Source of the DNA: Cyanophora paradoxa CCMP329
Taxonomy: Eukaryota; Plantae; Glaucophyta
Direction: 5' to 3'
NCBI GenBank assembly: GCA_004431415.1
Contig: QPMI01000457.1
Location: 372,001 to 436,000 of the forward strand
Length of the DNA stretch: 64,000 nt
The notes under the pieces are model-generated. The model was not told the origin of the DNA and made no database searches. It saw only the letters and a list, made by a program, of their open reading frames with translations. Position 1 is the first letter of the stretch. Each line of letters opens with the position of its first letter. Position numbers and translations under genes: made by a program. Positions 39,001-49,800 of this stretch are shown piece by piece.

Positions 39001-39942
39001 CGTGGTCGAGGCGCGCCGCGTTCTGGTCGAAGCGGTTTGTCTTGCGGTGCCAGCGCGTGTAGATGCGGTCGCGCGGACGCCTGCGGCGATGCTCATCAAA
39101 CAGGTCGAGGTCGGCCATGAGCGCGGCCCAGTGCCCGAACGGGGCGGGGCGCCGGCGCGGCGTCTGCTCTCGAGGTGCGGGGTCGCGTATGCGTTCAGGT
39201 CTCCTCCGAGGATGAGGGCGTCGCTCGGGGGGAGGTTGAGTGATTCGATCGCTTGGGTGACACCTGCCGCCGTGCGCTTCTGCGACGCCGCATCGTTCGG
39301 CGCGTAGATACAGGCTATAGTGTACGAGTTAACGTCGCTGGCGAGGCGCAGGACCGTGGCGTCATGCGGCTTTAGACCGGGCGTGGGTGGGAGGGGCACG
39401 AGGTCTGCGGTGGCGCCCGGCAGGGCCGGGATGGTCTTGCGAACAAGGAATCCGGTTCCTCTGCTCCAGACATTCGGTTTGAGCTCTGCGGCGGGCGGAA
39501 TGAGCACCCGCCAAGTAGATTCGATGCGCTGTGTAAGAGAGGCGATCTGCTTCGGGCGGAGCCGGTGGTCTATGATGCCCAGAACGTCTACTTTGGTGCG
39601 CTTGAGCCACCCGGTGAGCCGGATGCGGCGCGGTATGCCTGCGAGGCTTTCAACATTCAAAAAGGCGACCGTAAGCAGCGGGCGGGGCGTCGGGGCGCCC
39701 GGGGGCGCGTCCGACGGGGCCGCCGTCGTGTGAGCTGGTCTATCTGGCATGAGACCGCGTCGGGGCTGCTGGGGTGTGCTGGTTGTCGAGTTTGGTAATG
39801 CTGGGCTACTGGGCGTCGGCCGCGCGAGTTTTGGGACCAGCCACGTGCAGTGCTAGCGGGCACCCGCGTTAGGGAAGCCCCACTGCGCCGGCTTACTCGC
39901 TCGCGGGCCTTCGCTCAATTTTCCGGGGTACCGGAATCCTTC
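35074..39942 (-). mobile_element. Non-LTR retrotransposon, L1/Tx1 clade (APE endonuclease + RT; no ORF1 present)
   Basis: 16-bp TSD TACTAAGCCGGCAGTT (35058-35073, 39943-39958) and a poly-A tail (T-run 35072-35079). EN motifs NVESL, IYAPN, GGDLN, RLDHVF, PDHDAV. RT motifs APGEDG, NWRPITLL, DFEKAYDRV, QGDP, QYADD. Confidence 0.97.
35815..39750 (-). CDS. LINE ORF2 (endonuclease-reverse transcriptase), split by about 4 single-base frameshifts
   Basis: Frames 38686..39750, 38741..39118 and 35724..38789 join into one EN-RT protein. The shifts lie at or near G/C homopolymers (~39145, ~38828, ~36235, ~35970). Ala-rich tail with the stop probably at 35815. Confidence 0.85.
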
Positions 39943-40301
39943 TACTAAGCCGGCAGTTATACTTAGTCGCTGCAGACACTTAGTCGCTACTCGGCGGCGG
40001 TGAGCTAGGGCCGCGGCCCCGCTGAGCTGCTACTTAGCGCGAACGAAGGAAAGCTCTACCCTCACAGCTGTCAAGTGACTCGAGTCACTAGTACGCCCCG
40101 GCCGGCGGCCACGACTCAAGCAGCTTACGCCCCGACCCCTAGCGACCGTGCTGCAGATAGAGCAGCATCCGCTAGCTAGGCCCTTGCAGTCGCTGTAGTC
40201 GAGCTGTCTTTGTGCGCGTTCGCCTAGGTGCGACACAGCCAGGTGAGCTCTCGCTTCACGCCCCATCGGCTTCGGATCCTGCAAGACGCGACGCCGCAGG
40301 C

Positions 40302-41249
40302 ATGGAGAGACCGGAGACGGAGCAGCGTGCGGGGAAGCGGGCCCGGGTCGAGGATCCAGCGCCGACTGTTGACGCCACCGCGGCCGCGTCTCCACAAGCA
40401 GTCGAGCAGGCGGCAGCGGCGCCTTCGCAAACAGCGGCGCAGCCGCCGATGGCGCCGGCGCAAACGCTCCCTGACCTCGTCATGTCCGAACTCTTCAAGA
40501 AGCTCGGGGTGCAGGAGAGCTGGCGCTTGCGCCGCGTCTGCAAGTTCGTCGCCCCGAGCTCGCCTGTCGCGCTGCTCTTCCTGACTGCGAATGCGCGCCG
40601 TGCAGACGGTGGAAGGAGTCGATCGAGAAGGGGACGCTGTGGGGGGACTTCGAGCTGAGGCTCGACGGCTCCACGGTGGGCGAGACGTGCGGCGCGTTCT
40701 CGGCCAGCTTCGCGGACGGGCAGCTGCGGCTGGGCAAAGGGGCCAGCGTCACGGTCCGCTGGAGGCTCCCGGACGACAACGACGGGACCGGGGGGACGAC
40801 GGGCTCCAACTACAGGGGCGCCGTGGCGGCCGTCTGGGGGCTCCTGAGAGCGATCACGGCGAGCCACGCGGGCGACGCGCAGCCGGGGTCGGTGACGGTG
40901 GAGTTCTGCGGGAGCGGCCTGCGCCTGTTCAACGAGGAGTACGCGGACGCCCTCCTGCTCGGAGTCCTGCGGGCGCTGCGGCCGCCGGGCGGGGCGCCCA
41001 GCGGACTGCGCGGCCTCCACGTCGGCCTCACGAGCGCCGAGGGGCGCGGCGAGCGGCCGCCGTCGCCGGACTCGCCCCCGCGCCGGCTGCCCTTCGGCGG
41101 CTACCCGCCGTCGCCCGGCTACGCGTACATGCCGACCTCCCCTCCTACAGCCCCGTGTCGCCTTCATACAGCCCAACGTCTCCTTCCTACACCCCGACCT
41201 CACCGTCCTACGTCCCGTACTACAACCCGTACTCGCCCTCCTACAGCCC

Positions 41250-41284
<35 letters not shown>

Positions 41285-42679
41285 ACGGCCCGGCGGCGCC
41301 TCCCGGCGACGACCCGCTGCGGCCGGGCGGCGAGCTGCGGGCCGCGTTCGCGCCGTTCGGCCAGCTCCGCTCGCTCACCCTCTTCTTCTCCCACCGCTAC
41401 TCCGCCGTCGACCCGGAGTGCGCGGGCGTCGTCGCCGCCGCGTGCCCCCTCTTGGACTCCGTCGCCATCCGCCCGCGCCCCGGCTCGGCCCGCGAGGTCC
41501 TGGCGGCCCTGGCGCGCCTGGCGCGCCTGCGGCGGCTGGCCGTCATCACGGGCGAGCTCCAGCTGCCCCTCGCCGGCGTCGCGGGGCCCCTCGCGGAGGG
41601 CCCCGCCGGCCGCAGCCTTCAGTGCCTCTCCTTCCTCGACGAGGACTCCCTGTTCGGGTGCGCCCCCGCAGGCTCCGCCGCCGCCCCCGCCCCCGCCGCC
41701 TCGCTGACAGCTCTCGCTTCGCTTCGCAGGGAGGGCGAGTTCCCTGGGAGGCTCGCCCCGCCCGCCGGAGACGCGCCGGCGCTGCAGAGCGAGTGCTTCC
41801 GCCGCGCGCGCCCCGCCTGCGTCACGGCCTGCAAGGACGGCCTCGCCGCGCTCGCCCGCATGCCCAACCTGAAGAGCGTCGAGCCGCTCGAGGCGCGCCG
41901 GCCCCGCCCGCCCGCCCGCCCGCCCGCCTGCCCGCGCCGACACCGCCGGCCCGCGCAGTTCGAGGCGGACCAGGCGGACCCGGGAACCGTGGCGGCCCTC
42001 GGGGGCCTCCCGGGCCTGCGGGCGGCCCACGTGCGGGTCTCCGACTGGGCGGGCGGGGAAGAGGCGACCGAGGGCCTCCTGCACGTCCTCAAGCAGGCCC
42101 TCTCCGGCCTCCCCGACCTCGCCACGCTCAAGCTCGACCTCCGGAGTGCGCCGCGCGCCCCCCGCGACCCGGCCGGCCGGCCCGCCCGCCCGCTCACAGG
42201 CGCCGGGGCAGGCACGAGCGCGCGGCCGGTGGCGGTGGTGTCGCTGCTGAGCGCCAAGGCGGTGCGGCGGGCGCTGGCGGGCCTCGAGCTGCGCCTCTCG
42301 CGGCCCCTGGCGGAGGCGGAGGCGGAGATGGTCGCCGCCCTCCCCGCCCTGGGGCGCCTCCGCGTCGCCGCCCGCCTCCCCTTCTCCCTCTCCGTCCGGC
42401 CCTACGAGGTCCGCCCCCCCGCCCCGCCCTGCTCCGCCCCGCCCCGCCCCGCCCCGGCCGAGGCGCGCGGCCGGCCAGATCCTGCTACGGGGCCTGCGCC
42501 CGGCGGTCGCGGTGGAGATCCGCCTGAGGCGGAGCCTGGCGGGGCCCCGGGAGACGCTGGACGCAGACCCGCCGGGGGGGCCCGCGGGCGCCCCGGACCC
42601 CATCGAGGGCCTCTTCGCGGGGCGACGCAACTGGAGCCTGACCGTCGCCCCCGCGCCCGGGCACGACCTCGACCCCTGA
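40302..42679 (+). CDS. F-box protein with LRR/RNI-like C-terminus and Pol II CTD-like heptads (paralog B)
   Basis: MERPETEQRAGKRAR, F-box TLPDLVMSELFKKLGVQESWRLRRVCK|RWK. Blocks shared with paralog A: DGQLRLGKGASV vs DGRLRVRGGADV, LLLGVLRALRP vs LLLAVLGAVQP, PAGRSL in both. Stop TGA at 42677-42679. Confidence 0.85.
41102..41250 (+). repeat. YSPTSPS-type heptapeptide repeats
   Basis: [50 protein letters not shown]. One C must be restored in the run at 41139-41142 for frame continuity. Confidence 0.85.
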
Positions 42680-43853
42680 CGGCAGGTTTCCTGCTCCGAT
42701 ACCCCATCCACGCCCCTTCTCTCGTGTACCCCTGGCCCACAATCTACGCCCCGACCTTCCCCCTTTTTGCCAAGCTGAGCTCAGCCCCAACCAATTTCGT
42801 TCGCACGTTCCGGTTCGCCCAGCGCGAGAATGTGGTTTGACGTTTATACAATCGGTTGATTTGAATGCAGTCTATATTGTTCTTGAACTTTAGAGCTGCG
42901 TAATGTATCGCAATTTCTATACGAATGTATGTACGAGCTCGTGGGCCGGGCGCGCGCGCGCGCGTTGACCGGGGAATTCGCGCCGCCTCAATTAAGCTCC
43001 GGATCCCCGTGCTCCCGGCGCCTGTAGCTAGCACTGCGCATGCATATGCGCATGCGCGCGAGCTCCAATCTTCGCGATCGCCCGCTTGCGCTCCGGATCG
43101 CTGATGTTCTGCGCGCGCTACATAGCTATAGGCCTTGCCTCGCACTATAGCTAGAATTCGAAGCGCTAGCTGAAGTTGCACTGTTGCGGCGAATTCGAAT
43201 GTAGCCGATAACGCGTAGCCCGGTTCTAGGCCCCCTCCTCGATTCGACCCCCCTTAGTTCTGTACCCCGCCTCAGGAACTTGACTCGGAGTGTCTGCTGC
43301 ATGCAGCCCGCGCGCTGTTGTTGGCCTGCGGGCTGCGCTGAGCCTGCGCGAACCGAAGCTCTGGCCTCAGCTGCTGCGATCATCGAGTTGCACATCCATA
43401 CAGCTGCCCGCCCGCCAGCCACCCGCACTCGGAGCTGATTGTTGACGACGAGTCGGCAACCTGCGAAGCTACGCGAAACGAACTTCGGAAGGTTCAAACG
43501 CGGAACGCAGCCTGCGCAACGTCTATCGATATCGCAGCTGCGCAACGTCACAGAGTCGTAACGCACGGCACGCACGCGGGGCGGGGCCGATCGTCGTGCC
43601 TCGGGAGCGGGATCGTCAGATCGTAGCTTGCCGTTACACCGTAGCTCCAAGGGACTTCGAAGTCAGTTGGATTGCCCTCGTTCGAGCCCAGCAGGCCTAC
43701 GGGGCGCGCCGCACGCGCGCGCGCCCCCCGATCTCGCTGCGGCGGTGACGGTTCCAGGATCGTAGCAACAGCTGCAACTCGCTCAGCTAAGCAGCCTATT
43801 TGTCGGGCTTAGCAGCTGAAGCAGCGCCAAGAAGTGAACCGCACTGCTCGCCG

Positions 43854-46800
43854 ATGGCGACGGTCACTTCCGCCACGCAGCTGTCCTTTGACAGCCTCCA
43901 GGATCTGAGAGGCACGAAGCTCATAAGCCGTGTGTTTTCTGCGCTCTACGCGACAATCGGTGCGCGCGCGCAATCGACTGCTTCATATGCATGATGGCGC
44001 GCGGGCAACCGGCTGCTTCTCTCTCTGACGCCCGCGCAGGATGGCGCGCTGAGGAGACGCTTAACATCGCCGATAGGATCCAACCGCTGGCGAAGCTCAT
44101 GTGCGCACGCTGAGCCCCCGCCTCAGCGTGACGCAGCCGGCTCAACTGTTGAATGCAGATTACGGGCCCACTTCCTTGTCCTGGCGGCGGCTTACGAGTG
44201 CGCCGCGCCGCGCCCCCGCGTGTGCGCTGCCCACTGCACTAACTGCATGCGCACGCAGCGCATGCTTTGGCGTGGCGGCGGGGGCGGCGCCGGCGCCGGC
44301 CGACGGCGCGGCTCTGGACGCGTTCTGCTCGGGCCGGGCCAACGCGTTCAGGTGCGAACGCAGGATCGAATACAAACTCGTCGCTCCTAACCAGCGCCCG
44401 CGCAGGTTCCTGACGCTGGGGCGGCAGTACGGGCTGCGGTTCGACCGGGACGCCTTCGTGTGGCTCTGCGCCGTCCTCGTCGGCTTCATCGCCGCCTCGC
44501 TCGTCGGCCTGAGCGCCTGGGAGGTCCCCTCCAGGCGCGTCCTCCGCCTCCAGCGCTGGCTCCGCGCGATCCTCTCCGTGCGCGCGTACCCCCCCCCGGC
44601 CGCCCGCTCCGCCCCGCCCCAGCTCTAAGCGCTGAGCCCCGGCGCCGGCGGCAGCTCTCCTTCTCGGTGTGCCTGGTACCCCTCGTGCTGGACACGCTGC
44701 CGTACCTCTCCTGCCGAGGCGACCGGCCGGCGGGGTACCCCTGCTTCTGGAGCGCCCCGAACGCCGCCGGCGTCGCGGCCATCATCAGTGCGCGCCCCGC
44801 GGCCCCCCCGCGTCCCGGTCGCTGGTTCCGGAGTCCGGACCCGATTTCCCGACCGTGCGCCGGCAGCGGCGGCGCTGGGCGTGGTGCTGATCGGGCTGCT
44901 GGCGCTGGCGCGGGTGGATCTGCGCCGCGCCTCGCCCGACGCCAGCGCCGTCCACTCGGGCACCCCGGAGGCCCTCCTCGCGCCCGCCGTCCGCCCCGCC
45001 CCGCCCCCGCCCCCTCCGTCCCGCCCCGCCCCGCCCCCGCCGCTTTCTCAGGCGCGCTCCTCGCAGGCGGTGCTCTTCGTGGGGGCGGACCAGTACCTGG
45101 CCCTCGTATCGCCCTCGGCGCGCGCGGCCGTCCAGGTCGCCGCGGCGGCGCTGCTGCTCGTGCTCCCGACCCTCTACTACCTCCCCTTCCACCGAACCGA
45201 CGCCAACCTCCTCAACGCCGCCTGGGGAGGCGCCGTCCTCGCGTGCGCCCCGGCCCGGCCCGGCCCTCCGCGGGGACGCCCTGCCCAGGCTTAGCGTGCG
45301 CGCGCGGCAGGCTGTACGCGGCGACGGCCGGCCTGCGGGACTCGTACGGGGAGACGATGGGCGCGGCGCCGCCCGGCACGGCCCTCGGCGCCCTCGTCGG
45401 GGCCGGCCTCCTCGGCGGCCTCGCGGGCGCCGCCGCCTGCGCCGCGCGCTACTGGCTGATCGCCCGCGCGTACGCGGCGGCGGTGGCGGCCGGGGGCGAG
45501 GCGCCGGCCTTCGCGCGCGACGTCGACGCGATCGCGGCGGCGCGCCTCATGGAGGCCCGCGCCCTCGCCAGCCGCCGGCGGCGCGCGGGGGCCGCCGAGG
45601 GCGCCAGCGACTCGTCCCGCTCGGACGAGGGCGCCGGCGCCGCCGCGGGGCCGGGCGGCTGCAGCATCGTCTTCCCCATCGGGACGGGCCCGCGCCGGGG
45701 GCCCTGGCACGACCCCACGGACGAGAGCGTCGAGGAGCTCTACCTCAGGTGAGCCCGGGCGAACGGTCTCCCCGCCGGGCGCGCCCGTCGACGTCCCCCC
45801 TGAGCGCCACGCAGGGCGGCGCGGGAGCTGGCGACCTCGCCGCGGGTGCTGGTCGCGGCAGGGGCGTGGGCCCTCTTCAGCGAGAACGCGCCGCTCTCGG
45901 CGCAGTACCTGCGGCGCCTGCGCGAGTGCGAGGGGGGCGTCTCCGGCGAGACCCGCTTCCTCGCCTACGCCCTCGACCGCTTCCGCAAGGAGGAGGTGCC
46001 CCTTTCGCTTTGGCCTCGTCCCGCCCCGCCTCGCCATCTGACCGGCCCCGCGCGCGCCGCCCCGCAGGCCGCCCACCGCGGCGAGGTCCGTCCCGTCCCG
46101 CCCGCCCTTGCCTTTGGCCTCGCCGTCCTTAGCGCGGGCCCCGGGGCCCCGGCTCGCAGGAGACGGCAGACATGCACTCGGCGCTGCTGGCGGCCCGCCT
46201 GCACGAGCGCCGCGCGCGCATCCGCATGCGCGCCTTCTGGAATCTGCTCCTCAAGGGTGACCCCGCCCCGCCCCGCCCCGCCCCCCGCCCCGCCCCTCCC
46301 AGGCCGGCCGCCCCTCTCATCCCGCGGCTCGTTCGCAGACGACCTGGAGCTCGAGGTGGGCGGGGGCGGGGCGGGGGGAGGGCTCTGCTGCAGGCTCTGC
46401 CGTGCCGTACTGACGCGCCTCGCGCTGCAGAAACTACCCGACGCCGTGACGCTGATCCAGGTGCCGCCGCGCCCCCTCCCCTCCCCTCCCCGCTTCTTCT
46501 CCGCCCCTGACGCCCCGCCGCTGGCAGGCCTCCAAGGACGCGGCGGGAATGGTCCGCGCTGCCCGCACGCCCGGCCGGCCCCGCCCCGCTCCCCCGACGG
46601 GGCCCGCGCAGATCTACGAGCGGCTCGAGCGGCGCTTCCCCAACTCGGCCCGCGTCGCCCGCGCCCGCGCCGGCTACCTCCAGGCCCGCCCAAACCCACG
46701 CCCGCTCGCCGGCCCCGCCCCGCCCCAGCTGCGCGTCTGAGCGGGGCGGGGCGGGGCGGGCGCAGGAGTTCCACCTGGAGCTCGAGGGCGCCGCCCGCCT

Positions 46801-49800
46801 CCTGGCCAGGGCCCAGAACATCGAGGGTGCGCGCCAGGCCCCGCCTGGCGGCGTGGCGGCGGCCGCGGTGGCGGAGCCGGGGATCGACCCCGACCCGCCC
46901 CGCCCCGCGTGCAGACCAGCAGGCGGCGGCGGCGAAGCACGCGGCGCGGCAGGAGCGGCGGCGCGCGCGGGGCCGGCGGCGCTCGGCGAGCCGCGCCCGC
47001 CGCGAGCACGGCGACCCGATCACGACGCCGCCTGAGCACGAGGAGACGCCGCCGCCCGACGAGGAGGAGGGCGGGGGCAAGGGGCCCCGGGCCGCGCCCG
47101 CCAAGGAGGCGGACGGGGAGCAGCCAGCGGAGGAGGGGCGCGCCGCGGCTCGCGCGGGCGCCCCGGCGGCGTCCGGCGAGGAGGAGGGGCAGGGGCAGGG
47201 GCAGGGGCAGGGGAGCCCGCAGCCGATGGACCCGGCGCTGGTGAGGCGCCTGAAGCAGCGGCGGCTGACGCTGGAGGCTCTGCAGGCGCTCGCCGTCGCC
47301 GAGCCGTACCCCTCCGACACGCCCCGCCGCACCGCCCGCGTCGAGCCGCCGGCGGCCGACGGCCCGCGGCGCGGGAGCGTCGTGACAGCGTTTGAGGGCC
47401 CGCGGCGGGGGAGCGTGGCCACGTCGGCGGCGCTCACCGTCCACGGGGCGGACGCCTCGCCGGGCCTCGGCGGCATCGCTATGGCGCGGTGGGAGCCCCT
47501 CACGGCGGGGGACGGCACGCTCCTCCCGCCCGCGGCGCAGCCGCAGCCGCAGCCGCCGGCGGGGGGCGGCTTCGAGGGCATCGCTGCTGCCTCACGGCGG
47601 GCCTCGACGATCCTCGCCACGCGCTCGCCCCGCGCCAGCGTCCGCCTGATGGAGTTCCGCACCCTCGTCGCCCCCGCCCCGCGCGCCTCGGTACCGGTGC
47701 TCCCACCCCGCTCCGCCCGCCCGCCTCGCCGCGCCCCGCTCACTGCCTTCAGACGACGGCGGCGCCCTCGGCGCAGGGCGCGGGGGAGTCGGGCCCGCCC
47801 TCGCCGCAGGGCTCGCGCCCGGGGAGCCCGCCCGACCGCAAGTCCCCCCGGCCCGCCCCCTGCCGGCCCCGGCCCTCGAGCGCGTCCCTGAGCAGCTCTC
47901 CGGGGCGAGACCGGCCCCGCCGGGTCGCCTGCGCCGGCCCCGGAGGCGGCGGCGCCGGGCCCGCCGGGGCGCCCTCCCTGACCCTCGACGACGGCGACGA
48001 CTCGAACCTCTCCGAGCTCGTGCGCCCCGCCCCGGCCCGCCCCGCCCCGGCCTGGCCCACGCCGCTCACCCGAGCCCGCGCTCCCCAGGTCGCCCGCCGC
48101 TTCTACCGGTGCCCCGCCCCCGCCCCCGCGCCCCGCCCCGCCGCTGCGCGCCCGGCCTCACGCCCCGGGTAGGATGCAGCTGAGCAACAAGAGCGGGATG
48201 GTCGCCGGGCGCGTCGCCCGGTCCCTCCTGGTGCGGCGACAGAGGCGGCGCCCTCCCCATCCCCTCCCCCCTTCCCCTCCGCCCCGCCTCGCCGCGAGCG
48301 CGCGGGGGCGCATGCGCAGGTGACGGTGCTCCTCTCCGCCGTCTTCCTCGCGGCCTTCTACGGGGCGGCGCGGGCGCTGGGGAAGAACCAGAACGCCTAC
48401 CTCGACGACATCGCCCGCGCCGCCGGCCTCGCCGGTCCGCTCCGCTCCGGCCCGCCCGGCCCGCCCCGCCCCGGCCCGGCCCGAGCTCCGGCGCCGCCGC
48501 CGCCGCAGAGAGCGTGGCGCGCATCTCCCTCGCCGCCCGCTCCGTCGTCTACGCCGCCGCCTCCACCCCGGTACCCCCTCCTCCTCCTCCCCCGCCCCTT
48601 TCTCTTCCTGAGGGCCGGCAGCCGTACACGGCGGAGGCGGCGGCGCGGGAGCTGCTGGGGGAGCTCGACGACCTCTTCGCCATCCGGGGCATCCTGACCG
48701 CCCACTTCGCCGCCGGGGACGCCCAGGCCGTCCGCGCCTGGTGCGAAGCGCGAAGCCAGAGCTTCAGGTTCCGAAGCACCGCCGGCCAACGCGACGCGGA
48801 TCCGCGCAGGTACGACTCGTACGTGAACGTGAGCGTGTACGACGCGGACGCGCGGGCCGCCCTCTCCGCGGAGCGCCTGCACCCCGCCGACGCCCTCGCC
48901 GCCTTCCTCCGCCGCTCCGCCGAGGTCGCATCGGCCGCCGCCGCCACGTGGGCGCCGGGGCTCCTCCCGCCGGGCGCCGCCGCCGCCGCAGCCGCGCCGA
49001 CGACCGCCGCCGCCCTCCTCAAGAGCACCGCCTTCCGCTTTCTGGTGGGTCCCTTCCTTGCCGGCGGGCGCCGCCCCCGCTCAGAGCGCCGGCCCTCGAA
49101 GGTGGACAACGCGCGGGCGCTGCGGGAGAGCTCGGAGGCGCTGCAGGAGGCGGTGCTGCGGGACACCGAGGCCTTCATGGCCCGCGTCTCCACGATCCTG
49201 GGGGCGACCTTCGGCGGCCTCTTCGGCGGTCCGAGCTCGAACTTCGCTCGCGGGAAGAGGAGCAAGCTGACCGCCCGCCCCCCCGCAGGCCTCGTCGCCG
49301 CCTCGGTCGCCGCCTTCGGATTCGCCGTCCGCGCCGTCTCCAACGAGCGCCGCGCCGCGGTGCGCGCCCGGCCGGCCCCCGAGCGCTTCTCCGCGGTCGG
49401 AGCTGACCTCCGCGGCAGCTGGACCTGTTCCTGGAGCTGCCGCGCGGCACCGTGAAAGAGATCCGCAACATGGCGCGCCCGCCCCGCGCGCCAGCCCGTG
49501 TTCGCGCCCCGCGGCTGACCGCGCCGTGGGCGGCGCAGATTGGGGCGGGGCTCGGCGTGCACGGCTCGGACACGGGCGTGCCCCTCATGGCCGGCCGCGC
49601 CGCCGTCGGCGAGGGCGGCGCCGGCGACGGCGCCTCGGTGGCGAGCCCCGCGCGGGCCCTGCTGCCCCGCCCGGGCCTCGGCCTCGCGCTGGGGGCCGGC
49701 GGGGGGGCCGGGGCGGCGGACACGAGGTCGGTGGGGAAGGGGGACAACGCGTCGGAGGGCCCGCAGTCGACGGCAATGCTGAGCGGGCACGCCGCCGGCT

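Noticed and set aside
39825-39870. Twister or HDV-like ribozyme in the LINE leader (CCGCTAGCACTGC...GGTCCCAA resembles twister)
   Set aside because: It lacks the conserved UAA, AAGC and downstream GAGGG of twister, and no valid HDV P1/L3 could be built. Kept only as an unspecified structured leader.
42744-43650. ORFs 42744..43181 and 43126..43650
   Set aside because: No host codon bias or intron structure; they lie in palindromic intergenic or promoter DNA.
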